A stretch of DNA of 53,630 bases from Thelocarpon superellum (GCA_026025795.1 JAPEUG010000079.1:1-53630), one strand, 5' to 3'. Positions 10,843-23,960 are shown, counted from the stretch's first letter. Numbers and translations are program-made. The notes: generated by a model from the sequence alone, not told the origin.

Positions 10843-13442
10843 TCAGGCGGCGTCTTTCGGCCCCTGTGCCGCCAGCCAGGCCTCATGCAAGCGTTTCTGC
10901 CGGTCCCAGTCCTTCCGTAACTTCTTGCTTCGGCTCTTGGTGATTTCCACTCCCTGGGCGTCTTGGGTGGGGATGCCGTCATCATCCCAGGCCCGATATT
11001 CTGCCGTGCGAAACATATCCAGGTGACTTGTTCTGCCCTTTTCCAGCTTCTCACGTTCCACGCGCTCGCGCTCCAATCGCGCATCCTCCTTCCGCTGCTC
11101 CGCCGATGCCGCCTCCCGCTTCTTTTGCTCGCGCACGGCTAGGAGGTCGGTCTTGGGAACCGCTTTCACCAGCGCCGGCTGGCCCCCCTCGCGGTCATCG
11201 AGAGAGATCCCGATATTAACAAACTCATTGTCGCGGAGAGTGTCCGACAGTGCCAGCAGCTCCTTCTTCACGCTCGGATTTGCCATCGCTATCTGCCTGA
11301 TTTGATCGCGGTAGCGAGACACCCCCCGAAGGAATGGCTCAAATGCCTCAGTATGGACATCAGAAGGCTTCGCACCGTCCTCGGACGAGGCTGAAGCAGA
11401 CCATCCAATCTTGTCGCCACCGCGGCTTCCGGATGCGGCCGCGTCGAGGCCAAAGATGTCGATCATGCGTGTGATCCATCGGGCGACTTCCTCAACCACC
11501 GCGAGACTGGTGCGCGCGGTCCGCTGTTTCGAGAGGTAGACGTTACTTCGCGTGATCAGTTCCTCGATGACCGCCATCACGGCGGGCGTATTGAACGAAT
11601 CGCGCAGGGCCTCGTCAACCTTCACCTGCGCACGGCTGAGCCTATTGGACGTTAGCATCCATGGAGGCGGTGTTCGCCTTGACCGGAACCTACTCATCAC
11701 GCAGCTCTCGCTCAGGTTGTCGAAACAGCTGAGGGACTTGTTGGCCCGAGTTCTCGAGCTGCGCCTCCTCCGCCATCAAGGCCTTGATATTGGTGAAAAA
11801 GTTCTGCGCCCATATTAGTCCCCGCTTGACCACGGCTGGAAGAGGTCGTACTTGAACCGTCGTCTCCCACGTCCCTGCCCGGCCCACCACATCGTCCGTC
11901 ACCTCGATGCGTTCCTTCCACCCCCCAAGCAAGAAGACGATGCGCAAGCCCCGTGCCGTCCATCCACCGCCTTTGCGGAGTGCGGCGTCGATGGTGGTAA
12001 AGTTCTTGAGCGACTTGGACATCTTCGATCCTTGGATGGAGAGATGGCCCATGTGAAGAAAGTAGTTGACCCAATCATGCTGACAATGATGCTTCCCATT
12101 GTCTTGGCACGAGTCGACCCAATAAGCCTCACTCTGCGCAAGCTCGTTGTCGTGATGCGGAAAGGCCAGATCGATGCCACCGGAATGGATATCGATGCGC
12201 CCTCCGAGCACTTCCGAGGCCATCGCAGAGCACTCAATGTGCCATCCCGGTCGACCTCGTCCCCACGGACCTTCCCAGCTGGGCTCCCCCGGCTTTGACG
12301 CTTTCCAGAGGGCAAAGTCGGCGTCGGATCGCTTCTCCGACGTCTTCTTCGTCAACGACCCTTCCCCATCCGCCTGCAGCTCTCTATCGTTCCGGTTCCA
12401 CGGTTCTAACCGCGCGTACGTATTTCCCGCCGCCTCAAAGGCTTGAATGTCGAAGTAGACGGATCCGTCCGACGTGGCGTAGGCGAATCCCTTGTCCTGA
12501 ATACGCTTGACGAAAGCGGCAATCTCCTCGACAAACTCACTAACCCGCGTGGTGGTGGTGGGGGGGAGGCAGTTGAGCATCCGAAGATCTTCCCGGAACC
12601 TGCGTTCCCAATGCTGCGTGAGCTTGGTGAAGATGCCATAGTCGCTGGGTGAGATGGACGTGCTGTACAATGCATCGAGATAGGGCAGCAAGACGTCCGT
12701 CGTTGCCAAGTAGAACTCGGTCGGAGACACGGACGTGGGGCTTGTCTGCGCCGTGACAAGCGCTTTCGAAGCTGCCTGCATCGACTTGTGGTGCATCTTG
12801 ATCTTGGCCTCGTCGTCACCCGGCACCCTACCGCCCGAGAGTGTGCCCGTTCCATCCAAAATCGGCCCGTATGCTGCACCAGTCGCTTGCTCATATGTTG
12901 CCGGGTTCAGGCTCTCCGGCAGCTTGGGAAGATGCCTCTTGGCGTATGCGGCGTAAGCTGTCTTCGTGGTCTGCAAGGCTTCGTCATTGACAGCCGGGTG
13001 CTTGGCGATGAAGTCGGCGACGAGATGTTGTTGTCGAGCTCGAACGATGATCTGGGCCGTGGTCAGCTATTGCATACTGTAGATCCGTAGATCTCGGCAG
13101 GCCTACCTTGTCGTCGATGTCCGTCACGTTCATGACGAATTCCACATTGTAGCCAAAGTAGTCCCGCAGGATCCGACGAAGGATATCCGTCGTCACGTAG
13201 TTTCGGGCGTGGCCCAGATGGCCGGCATCGTAGACGGTGGGGCCACAGCAATACCATGTCACCTTCCTCCCCGAATGGTCCAGGGGCACGAATTTCATCC
13301 TCTTCTTGCCCAGCGAGTTGAAGACCCAGAGACTACCGTCACCCGATTCGCTGGACGCCATGCTGTAGGAGCGGATCAAAGCAACAGAAGGAGGCCGTAG
13401 GAGTTTGCTCAGTCCGAGAAGAGGGCGTGCCGGGAAGATCAT
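10843..13442 (-). CDS. Cysteinyl-tRNA synthetase
   Basis: [18 protein letters not shown] (HIGH), [50 protein letters not shown]. Introns 13052-13106, 11804-11851 and 11642-11693. In-frame ATGs at 13442 and 13361. Confidence 0.95.
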
Positions 13443-13898
13443 GAATCTCGAAATCGAGCTTCCAAACGATGCTCCACGTGAGTCACAGGCAGCGCCATGC
13501 AAGAGAGGCAGTGGCCGTGCGGATGGAAGCTCAATTCGATGACGAGCCACGAGCCGTGGCAATGGGACCAAAAGAGCGACTGAGTCGAGGCACGAAGATG
13601 GCCTGGGCAGCTCCTCTGAAGCGTGGAGGGGATCAATGCGGCTCATATGCTCCCGTCGCTCCCCGTCCCCGTCGACGACACACCGGGAACCTCTCATCCT
13701 GCATGCCGGCAACTTTTCGCGGCGTCGCCTACGGTCGAGCATATGTTACCATCAGCAGCTCGGGTGAAACTGCCCCAGGCAAGCCTCATTGAAGATCAAT
13801 CGCAACGGAGGACAATTTCTACCACGGCAATGTGATCCTCTCCTGATCCACAGCTCTCTATGCCCTGTGCCGAGGCTTGGTGGAATCAGGCCGACTTG

Positions 13899-15574
13899 AT
13901 GGCCGCCCCGGGCCGCCCGCCGTCGTCCTTTTTGGATCCTGGCCTCACGACCACGGCGGACTCCGTGGTGATTCTACATCTCAAACGTGATCTGCTGATC
14001 CCCACCAAGCTCTCCGAAGGTGGCGAGAAGAATGAGGGCTACGATGAAGGCCTCGTGACCAACACGCGCTTTGGGTCCTTTCCACACAGTACACTGGTCG
14101 GTCTTCCATGGGGGAGCCAGGTGCGAGCGTCGGCCGTGGATACGGGATCCCGCGGCCGACGAGGTCCCCGAGCCGGGGACAAGGTGGGCACGAAGCGCAA
14201 ACGAGACGAGAGTGTGGCCAACGGCAGCGGCAGCGGCAGCGGCAGCGTAAAGGAAGACGAGGCAGAAACGGAGGACGCCGTACTCCTCAAAGCCGCCGTG
14301 ACGGCAGCGTCGGGGTTCGCTCACGTGCTTCCTCTTACCCCGGAAGCGTGGACCGCTGCACTCCCTCATCGAACTCAAGTCGTCTACACTCCGGACTACA
14401 GCTACATTCTTCATCGACTCCGCGTTCGACCGGGGAGTGTACTGATTGAGGCGGGTGCAGGTAGCGGGTCATTCACGCACGCCGCTGCACGAGCCGTCTT
14501 CAATGGATTTCCAACGACTGTGCCCCCACCCAAGGGATCCACGTCGACCGTGTCGAGTTTCGCGAGGTCTGGCCGAGTCTTCAGCTATGAGTTTCACGAA
14601 TCTCGCATTGCCAAGCTCCGGTCGGAGATTGCCAGCCATGGACTCGGCCAGATTGTGCACATCACGCATCGAGATGTGTGTCGCGATGGCTTCCGACTCG
14701 ACGAGACCGACGTGTCGCATCCGGCGTCGGGGCAAGCGGACGCCATATTTCTTGACCTACCTGCCCCATGGTGAGTGAGATTGTGACGGGCGGAGCCTTT
14801 TGAAACGTCCTGACGGCATATCCAAGGTTGGCTCTCCGCCATCTCACGCGGCACCTTGTGAGTAACGTGGTCGAGGAGCCGTCGGCCTCGACCGACACCG
14901 AAGTCCCCGAGCCGCGGTCGCCGTCTGATGGTGATGCGGCGACCGATCGGACAGCATGTGCCTCGCCCTTGAATCCGCACCAGACTGTCCACATCTGTAC
15001 CTTCTCGCCATGCATCGAACAGATCCAGCGGACGGTGACGGTGCTGCAGCAGCTAGGCTGGGTCGACATTGAGATGGTGGAGATCGGGCAGAAACGCATC
15101 GAAGTACGACGGGAGCGCGTCGGGCTGCAGGAAGCGCACCAACGCGGCGTGCACGTGGGCGCCGCAACGGTGGACGAGGCCGTGGCCCGCTTAAAGGAGG
15201 TGGAGGGCCGGTTCAAGGCATTCCACGCCGAGGCCAAGGCCGGCCGTGTACGAGCCACGGACACGCCCGCCCTTCCCGCCCTTCCCGCCACCGAGGTGGT
15301 GGAGGAGCGAAAGCTTTACAAGGAGGGCCGGCTGATCCACCGCGCCGAGCCGGAGCTCAAGGGGCACACGTCGTATCTGCTCTTTGCCGTCTTACCGCAA
15401 GAGTGGAGCGAGGAGGAGGAAGTGGAGGCGGGTCAGCAATGGCCGCTTGTAGCTAACTACGCCCCGGCCGAGCACAAGATGGACATGAGTAACCGGCAGC
15501 TGAAGCGGGCGGCCAAGGCCCGGACGAAGGCGATCGAGGTCGAGGCCCCCCCCCAGCTGCCCTCCCCTTCCTGA
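13899..15574 (+). CDS. TRM61: tRNA (adenine58-N1)-methyltransferase catalytic subunit
   Basis: LPHRTQVVYTPD, IEAGAGSGSFTH, FSYEFHE, IFLDLPAPW, CTFSPCIEQ, HTSYLLFA. Intron 14771-14826. An alternative upstream ATG is at 13860. Confidence 0.93.
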
Positions 15575-15646
15575 CACCGCGGACCCCCCTTTTGATCTTC
15601 CACGCCGTTCGCTCCGTGGCCTAGACGGCCAGACGTGCCGGTCGGC

Positions 15647-16381
15647 TCAGGATATCTCCATGCTCCCCTCGGGCACGCCTTGCTGGCTGCGTAATCGCCG
15701 CGCGAAGAATTGCATGATGGGTAGCGTCTCGTCGCGGCTGCTGGGCATGCTATCGCCCGCCCGCTCCCAGCTGTGGTACTCGACAAAGTTGAAGACGTGC
15801 GAGATGCGTGCCAGGGCGTCGGGCGTGAACAGGGTATTGGACGAGCCCCCGAGCAGCTGGATGGGCGTCTTGGCTTTACGGCCCGACGTGGCACTGGCGG
15901 ACACGCTGGAGGGGAGCGGTCCGCCGATCGAGATGACCCCGCCCAACTCGGCGGGGACGGCAGCGGCGACGGCCAGAGCCACCATGCCGCCTTGGCCGAA
16001 GCCGAAGAAGACGATCTCGCGCGGTCGGTAGCCGCAGCGGTCGATGAGGCCGGCCTGGATCACGTCGTGGGCAATGACGCGCACGGCCTTGGTGAAGCCG
16101 GTATCGAACTCGAGGTTGCCCGTGGCCTGGTCGAACATGATGTCGTCGCCCCAGTGAAAGCCATCCAGGTTGAAGGGCAACGGCGCCGGGCCCTGCAGCG
16201 CGATGCACGTGGTATCGGGCAAGGCCAAGGTGCGGCCCAGGGCGGTGAAGGAGGCATTGGTGTCGCCGAGGCCGTGCAACAGGATCAACACATTCGACGC
16301 TGGCTGCGCCGCGAGCGGCGGCGTCACGCTGAGCTCGAGGTGGGCGGGGAAGTCGGACCGCTCGGGCTGGCGAGGGCCCAT
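15647..16381 (-). CDS. Phospholipase/carboxylesterase-fold (acyl-protein thioesterase-like) protein, probably non-catalytic
   Basis: LILLHGLGD oxyanion motif and ELGGVISIGG are present. The nucleophile elbow reads GFGQGG. Likely start MGPRQP at 16381, although the ORF is open to 16522. Confidence 0.85.
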   Translation of the reverse strand: MGPRQPERSDFPAHLELSVTPPLAAQPASNVLILLHGLGDTNASFTALGRTLALPDTTCIALQGPAPLPFNLDGFHWGDDIMFDQATGNLEFDTGFTKAVRVIAHDVIQAGLIDRCGYRPREIVFFGFGQGGMVALAVAAAVPAELGGVISIGGPLPSSVSASATSGRKAKTPIQLLGGSSNTLFTPDALARISHVFNFVEYHSWERAGDSMPSSRDETLPIMQFFARRLRSQQGVPEGSMEIS

Positions 16382-18278
16382 AGCGCACGAGTACGGGTCC
16401 CCGGTCGCGCACGAGTATTCCAAAACCGGAGGAGAGCCGACACGCAATCGCGGGGCATCGACCCACAGGCTCCCAGCAAATTGGTGGTCAAAGCCTGGCA
16501 AGCTGGCTCGTGCGAAATCCATGCAACCAAGGGCCTATCCCATTCAGGCAGTCACGCACTGTGTATCTGCTTCGCACGAGGGACACGCAAGGTCACCGGC
16601 TGGTATCTTATACCATCGACGTAGAGGGCCTTGCTGCATCTCACCAGACTACGCATCATGCATCATGCGAAGTGAAGTGTGGCAGTTGTACTTCGTATGC
16701 GCGCGCGCCTTGAAACGTGCCAAAAGACGCTGGCAAACACGCCCCACCCCATGCTCAAGAGCGGCGCACGACCCGGTCAAAAACGTCAAAGTTGACCCGC
16801 CACGCCGTTTTGATTGGACTTGCGTCTCCGATCTCTGCCAACCTGTCACCGACCCTCGTACCTGACTTCTCCCATGCCTCCCGCCGCCGCGGGCACTGGC
16901 TGTCGACGCGGTCCTACCACTACGACGAAGCGCTCCGGGGGTCTCGGTGGCCTATCGGAGGACGCCGCTCCGTCCCAACTACCTCACGACCTGGAGCATT
17001 CGTCCGCCTATCGGTCGGGCTAACTGACCAGCCGGGTCGAAGATGCTAAGCGACCGGTCGACAAGCAGCTCAGCGGCCTCTGCTTCACTGTCTGGCTGTT
17101 CCCCGCCGTCGTCTCGGCCGCCAATCTCTGGCGTGGGAAGCCCCCACTGCCACGCCCGCAGCGGGCACTGCCCGGGTGCCAGCATCGACGCGGCTGGTAT
17201 CTTCATGTGCAACACTCAGGCTGTCACCGCATGCTAGGGATACGATCCTCTCACCTGCTATTACAAAAGTTCGAGCCATGTCAGCCACAGATACACCGGA
17301 TACACGGTAATCTTTGATCGCAACAGCGGCGCTCCGTTTCCGAGCGTGACTGAGCAAGACATTCAAGAAACGCCTATGCATTGGACGAGACTATTGACGC
17401 CGTACCACCGCATTTCATACAAGGATCCCGTTGTACCATCTGCAAGACATGGGTCAATGGAGTGCAACAACATACGCCTCGTCTTTCCTGACCCACCTTG
17501 ATGGTCTATTTTGATCATATCTATCTCATGGCGCACCAGCGGCCTCGAAGCTGCAATTCACGATTGTACCGACCGTACCTCTACTGGATGTAGGAACGAG
17601 GACATATGCCAGGGCTTCCTCACGGTCCTGAAATCTGGAAGGCATCAGGGCGAGTCTGGGATCGGCTGTTGTGTGGTAGCAATCGGATAGATCCGCTCCT
17701 TATGATGCTTCATCGTCTACGGCCTGATGCCGATCCCTAGAGGCGGGGATGCCGTCGGCCCACGCCGTCTACGTTTGCCGGGCTCGCAAGGAGAGCTAAG
17801 AGCAGGGTGCTCGAGTGGCTGGGCGAGCTCAGCTCGGATGGCTAGTGCCTGCCGCGAATGACGCAAGAGCCAACGCGAATCTCTGACGACCGACTGTTTG
17901 AGGCCTGCAAGCATCCTGCTGATCGCCGCCATTCACGAGCCTCCAGACTAGGATAGGACAGACACGACCGCCGCAAGGGCGACGGCATCGGCGGTCTTCG
18001 TGGCGAAGAACATGCCGGTGCTTAGCGCTCGCCCGGAGCTCCCCGCGACCCTGAGCGAAGGCAGCGGCGGGGTCTGCGTGGCAGCGTGGTTGGCGGGCAT
18101 GGCCTGGGGAGGGGGCCGACGGGAGCGCTTGGTCCCTCGTTACTAACCTAGCTTTCCCGTCCTTCACACCACCGCCCCTATCTACGATGGGTCTGACTGT
18201 GTGGGTGGCCGAGTGGTGAATTGGCGCAAGTGGGGCGGCGGTGCAAGGAGGGGTTCTCTTGTGGGAGGACACGTCCTT

Positions 18279-18284
18279 TATATA
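18279..18284 (+). promoter_or_regulatory. Putative TATA box of the CipC gene
   Basis: TATATA about 160 nt upstream of the ATG at 18443, followed by a C/T-rich leader. Confidence 0.45.
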
Positions 18285-18442
18285 GCTACGCCCCGCCCCA
18301 CCACTCCCACGCTGTTCATCCTCTCCTCGTAGCAGTACCATTCAGTCGCGCTCATCCATTTCTGTCTCACGCATTACACTTGAAAAAGAGTCCTGCATCT
18401 CAATCCACTTCAATCCGCTCACCACTTCATCCTCCGGTCATC

Positions 18443-18946
18443 ATGGTTTTCGGCTGGGGTAGGAACGCCTGCACCCACTGTCCCCGCTCACCCCAGGCTG
18501 ACACCTGAGCAGACGATTCGCAGCAGGCGCACGATCAGGTGTACGTGCAGGGTGGCGGCTACGACCAACCCAACGAGGCCAAGTTCTCGCATGAGATGAT
18601 TGCCGGCGCCGCCAGCTTCGCCGGGTTCAAGGCCTTTGAGGATCATCAGCGTAACGAAGGTGACGGTCTTTGACCCCAGGTGGCAGCAGACGCGTGATCG
18701 GGCTAACGGATCGTAGGCAAGCCGGTGTCGCACGCCTTCGCCAAGGAGCTCCTGGCCGGCTTCGTGGGCGGCGAAGTGGACAAGCTCGCCGAGACCAAGG
18801 GCATGGACTTCTACGACCGCGAGCGTGCCCAGCACCAGGCCAAGGAGAGCGCAGGGAACATGTACGACCAGCACTACGTGCAGCAACAGGGCGCGGATCA
18901 ATACGACCCCAACCAGTACGGTCGGCCTCAGCAGCTCAACTACTAG
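18443..18946 (+). CDS. cipC: CipC-like protein (DUF3759 family)
   Basis: Exons 18443-18458, 18513-18659 and 18717-18946 give MVFGWDDSQQAHDQVY...EAKFSHEMIAGAASFAGFKAFEDHQRNEGKPVSHAFAKELLAGFVGGEVDKLAETKGMD. Confidence 0.9.
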
Positions 18947-19745
18947 ATGGCTCTCGTTATGGACGCCACGGGGCGCGGGGCACTGAGCGATCGACTAGGA
19001 CGATAGTGCAGGGTAACGGCCGGCAACCCCACGATACGGCGGCCCGAACAAGCCCATCGTGTAGCTTAGAGCACGACCAATAAGAGCCTGAGGCACTGAA
19101 GCGCACAGATAACCTGTGACAACCCGTGCTGCGAAACTATGTGATCTGCTACTTAAACCCTTCACCGCCCGGTAGACTGCCAGATGGCTGCCAGCGACAG
19201 GGTTAGAGTGGACTCTAGTAGGATCCGTTGCCCTGAGGTACGAAGTACCTGTAGCGATGCCGATCAAGACTGTCTATTCATCCTCGCACCAGGGGTAAGG
19301 ACCGGGGAGTGCATGCCATCATGCCTATTTGTGTTCATGAGCGACGGTGTAATAACGCACGTACATGGCAATCTGGCGGACGATTGGATCGTAGGCCCAC
19401 TGAGTGCCATTGATCCCGTGTCTCCGTGGCGGCACCGGCCGAAGAGCGAGGCGTGGTAGAGCCAAGCGGAAAGCGAAGGCGAAAGCGAAATGACGCAAGA
19501 CAAGACCTGGAGCGTAAGAGTGGGAGGACGTGGAGGAGGATCTGCGTATGCTAAATTCACCAATGCAAGGGCCACACACGCGACGGCCTACCGAAAGCTC
19601 AACGCTGCGTGGGGCAACTGATCCAACACGCTGGGACATCGTGATCCGCGAAGTCTCCCGTCGCCTCTCGCCGGACTGCCTGAGGGCCATGGGTGTCATC
19701 GGTGCACTCGAGGTGAGCTCAATAGGTCTGTAGGAGGCCGAGAGG

Positions 19746-22700
19746 ATGAAGTTTGCCAAGTATGCCGCTCTCCGCCCGTCGTCAGCGGGCGTCCAATACG
19801 CCGCAGACTATCGACCATCGCCGATGGCCTGGACTGACATTCTTACCAGGGAACTGGACGATGAGCTCGTGCCGGAGTGGAGGGCCAAATATCTCGACTA
19901 CAAGGTTCGTCTTTCTGCCCGCCCCGCCGGCGATGAAGCAGCATTGACCCTCCGTCTAGGCCGGTAAGAAGAAGCTCAAATCCGTTGCGCGCGCCTTGCG
20001 CAATGTGAATAGCTCGTCCCCGCGGTCCCCACGGACGCTGCGACGGCGCACACCTCGGGCCATTGTGCCGGCTGCAGCCTTGGGGATCGGTCAACGTGGG
20101 CCTCTTTCCGCCGACGGCCCACGCGCCGGACGTGCTGTGTCCGATGGCGTCCTGAGGACGTCTCGAGCACCAGGGCCCACAGACTCCTCGGGCACCCGTA
20201 TCTCTTCGACCGACCATGAGATTGCGACGGGCGCGTCCAGCACACGGCCGCTCGATATCCCTTCTCGACATCGCCATGGCTCCCACGTGCCGGGATCTCA
20301 CACGCAGCTGGTCTCGGACGGTGTCTCCAACTATGGTAGTTTCGTCCTGACTCCTCCCGAGGATGCTCCGCCCCGGCCCCCATCAATCCTCGAGCTTCCC
20401 GACCCCGCTCTCGACCCTGACACCCTCTCCGTGTCGCTAGAGCACCCGTCGCACCCGCCGCGTCGCTCACGCCAGCCCAGCCAGCGCCGTGTGCGGCCCA
20501 GCGACTCCAGTCAGGCACTACATCACGCGTATGAAGTCGGGAAGACGCATGCGCCCTCAAGCCCCAATACCATCCGCTCATCCGCCTCCCAGACCCCTGG
20601 CAGCGCTGGACGACGAGGATCCGCCCCGCCAAGCTTCAACCTAGGACCTCTCGTGCGCCGCCTCCTTGCCCACCACCCCTCCAAGAAATCCGGATCACAG
20701 TCGGTGGGTCGGGGCGATGTCCCCCTCGAGGCGTATCGGGAGCTGGATCAGCGCCAGCGAGACTTTTTTACCTGGCAGGACCGCGAACTGGATAAGATTG
20801 AGACCTTTTACCAGGAAAAGGAGGAGGAAGCCAAGCAGCGGCTCACCGTACTCCGAGATCAACTGCATGAGATGCGCAAGCGCCGGCTACGGCAGCTGAC
20901 CGCAGCACAGCGGGACAAGGCCCGGGTGATGGAGCACGGTGGGCAGACCAGACTCATGATGCTCGAAGGACGGGTGGAGGACGCCGCGCAAAGACGTGCC
21001 AACGGACCAGGAATGCATTGGCTCAAGTCGGTGGAGAATGCCTTTGATCGCGCGACGGGTCGACCGGTGGCACATGTGGGCAAGAATACCAAGGCCATCG
21101 CGCAGCTGGGGACGCCGTCCGGACCGGTGGCGCAAACGCCGCAGCAGCTCGCGGAGCACCGCCGCGACTTTGTTCGCAAACATAGTCCGGATGACGGGAT
21201 TCCCTACCGTCAGGCCAAACGAAAGCTGAAGATGGCCCTGGTCGAGTACTACCGTGGTTTGGAGCTCCTCAAATCCTACGCCCTGCTCAATCGCACGGCC
21301 TTCTACAAGCTGAACAAGAAATTCGACAAGACGGTCAACGCCCGGCCGGCGGGACGCTACATGGCGGATAAGGTCAACAGCGCCTGGTTCGTGCAGAGCG
21401 GGGTGTTGGAAAGCCATCTCCAGGCGGTGGAAGATCTGTACGCACGGTACTTCGAACGAGGCAATCACAAGATTGCCGTGGGCAAGCTCCGGACGACGGG
21501 GCATCGAGAGGGCATGTTTCACTCGAGCGTCTATCAGAATGGCTTTTTCCTGGGCGCAGGGGCGGTCTTGAGCATTCAAGCGTTGGTTTACGCCACCGAG
21601 CTGTTGTCCAACCCACGTCCAACCATTGTCGCGGAGACGCAATATCTGTTCCAGGTGGGTTTGGTCCCACCTACCATCGCCGAGGCTAACCGGATAGATC
21701 TATGCGGGATACTTCCTTGGATTGTTACTATTTCTGCTCTTCTGTTTTGATTGCAGTATCTGGACACGAGCCAAGATCAACTACGTGTTCATCTTCGAAT
21801 TCGACACGCGCCACTCGTTGGATTGGCGACAACTGGCCGAGGTGGGTGAGAATACCAAGCGGAGGAACGTGGCTGATGAGATGATCGTTTAGATGCCATG
21901 TTTCTTCTTCTTCCTGGAGGGACTCATCATGTGGCTGAACTTTTCGCGCGTTGGAGGTGACCGGATGTATGTGTATTGGCCGGTCATCATGATAGGCTTG
22001 ACCGTGGCGATTCTGTTCTTTCCTGCCAAGATTCTCTACTATCGGAGTCGACAATGGTGGCTCTACTCGAACGTGAGTGTAGAGGCGTGCGGGGGATGGT
22101 GGCCTGGAACGCTGACGGATGTAGTGGCGTCTGCTGCTGGCCGGATTGTATCCGGTGGAGTTTCGAGACTTCTTTCTAGGAGACATGTACTGCTCCATGA
22201 CATATAGCATGGGGGTGAGTCAGGAGGAGGAGGAGGCGGAGGCGTGACGAAAAGTTGGGGCTAACGGATGACAGAATCTTGAACTGTTCTTCTGTCTCTA
22301 CGCACAGTACTGGTCGAACCCAGGCAATTGCAACTCGACGCACTCACGACTCCTGGGATTCTTCTCGACCTTGCCAGGAATATGGCGAGCGCTGCAATGC
22401 GTTCGACGTTATCATGATACCCGCAACATCTTTCCTCATCTGGTCAACGGGGGAAAATACACCATGACCATCTTGTACTATATGTCGCTGAGTTTGTATC
22501 GGATCGACGAGTCGACCGGATTGAGGGCACTGTTTATCGTGTGTGCCGCGGGCAATTCCATCTACACGTGTGAGTAGTGCTCCTCGGGGAGATGTCTTTC
22601 ACTGACGACTCTAGCGATATGGGACGTGGCAATGGATTGGAGTGGGTCGTCTCCATCTTGCGAATATGGCATGCTGACCACCATACAGGCCTGGGCAACC

Positions 22701-23933
22701 CGTACGCAAAACACCCTTTTCTGCGAGATGTGTTAGGATATAAGCACGTATGGCTCTACTACGTCGCGATGGTAGTCGATCCCCTTTTGCGATGCAACTG
22801 GATCTTCTACGTGATCTTCAGCCAGGAGCTGCAACATTCGGCGTCGTTGAGTTTCTTTATTGCTCTGTCCGAGGTCTTTCGAAGGGGAATGTGGACATTG
22901 ATTCGAGTCGAGGTGAGGGTTCACCACCAAGAGACTGAAACCAGAGTGATACTGATGTGAACACAGAATGAACATTGCACAAAGTAAGCTATCACCCTAC
23001 GGAAGGCGGGGAAGGAGCAGAGATGAGTGGAGATCTGACAATGGTGGATGTGATAGCGTCGGACGATTCCGAGCGTCACGCGACATTCCACTTCCATATG
23101 ATCTGGAACACGAACACGAACATGAACATGAACAGCCAAGCAAGGGCACGTCGAGAGGCGAATCGGGATCAAGCGCAGGCACGGGAACAGGAGCAGGCGA
23201 GACAGACGCAGACGCAGACGCGAAAGACACTCCACCTCCACCCGGCCCAGCTTTACTAGCCGTTACCACGACCTCCACCCTGTCACCACATGAGACGATC
23301 AAGGAGAGGAACGAGGCCACACCAAGTGCCAGGACCAGTCCGAGCACCTTCCGACAACGCCGCCGCAGTGCCATCGCGCCCTCGTCGTCGCCCTTGGGCG
23401 CCACATCGGGGATAGCATCCGGCATCGCCAGCACGGGGGCCGCCAGTCCGGTCCAGAGGGGGATCGCGCGCGTCGGCACCCTGATGGCGTCTGCACACGC
23501 GCAGGATTTCGAGCGGAGACGACGACCCGAGCTTCGGTCTCGCTCGACCACCGCCACCACCACTGGTGAAGCCAGCCGGGGTGGTGGTGGTGGTGGTGGT
23601 AGGGACGAGGAAGATGGAGAGGGAGAGGAGAGTGGACAACAGAGAAGAGGCGGCGAAGAGATCGACGAAGCTAGCGCGTTGCTGGACCCCACAGTGCTTG
23701 GTACTGCGCGAAGAAAGGCCATTGCCGTGACCAGCTCTGAAGAAGAGGAAGATGGAGAGGAAGATGATGACGAGGAATTCGAGGCGCATTTGCACACTTT
23801 GCACGGACTAGACGCCGTGGTGGATCGTGATCGTCCTGATCGTGACCATGGTCACGAGCACGAGGAGGGTGGGGAGGGTAATGGTGGCAATGGAACCGGC
23901 GGGAGTCCGGCCGTTGGAGACGATATCGTTTAG
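19746..23933 (+). CDS. SYG1: SPX-EXS domain protein (Syg1/XPR1/PHO1 family phosphate exporter-like)
   Basis: MKFAK|ELDDELVPEWRAKYLDYK|AGKKKLK; ELDKIETFY; LNRTAFYKLNKKFDK; INYVFIFEFD; VEFRDFFLGD; IWDVAMDW; RRGMWTLIRVE|NEHCTN|VGRFRASRD. About 10 introns and an acidic low-complexity tail. Confidence 0.92.
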
Positions 23934-23960
23934 AGTTATCATGCTGTGATCTTCAACCCC

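Noticed and set aside
19198..19208. CTAACCCT telomerase-template-like motif (minus strand)
   Set aside because: Too short, and the intergenic space is too small for a filamentous-fungal telomerase RNA; no pseudoknot seen.
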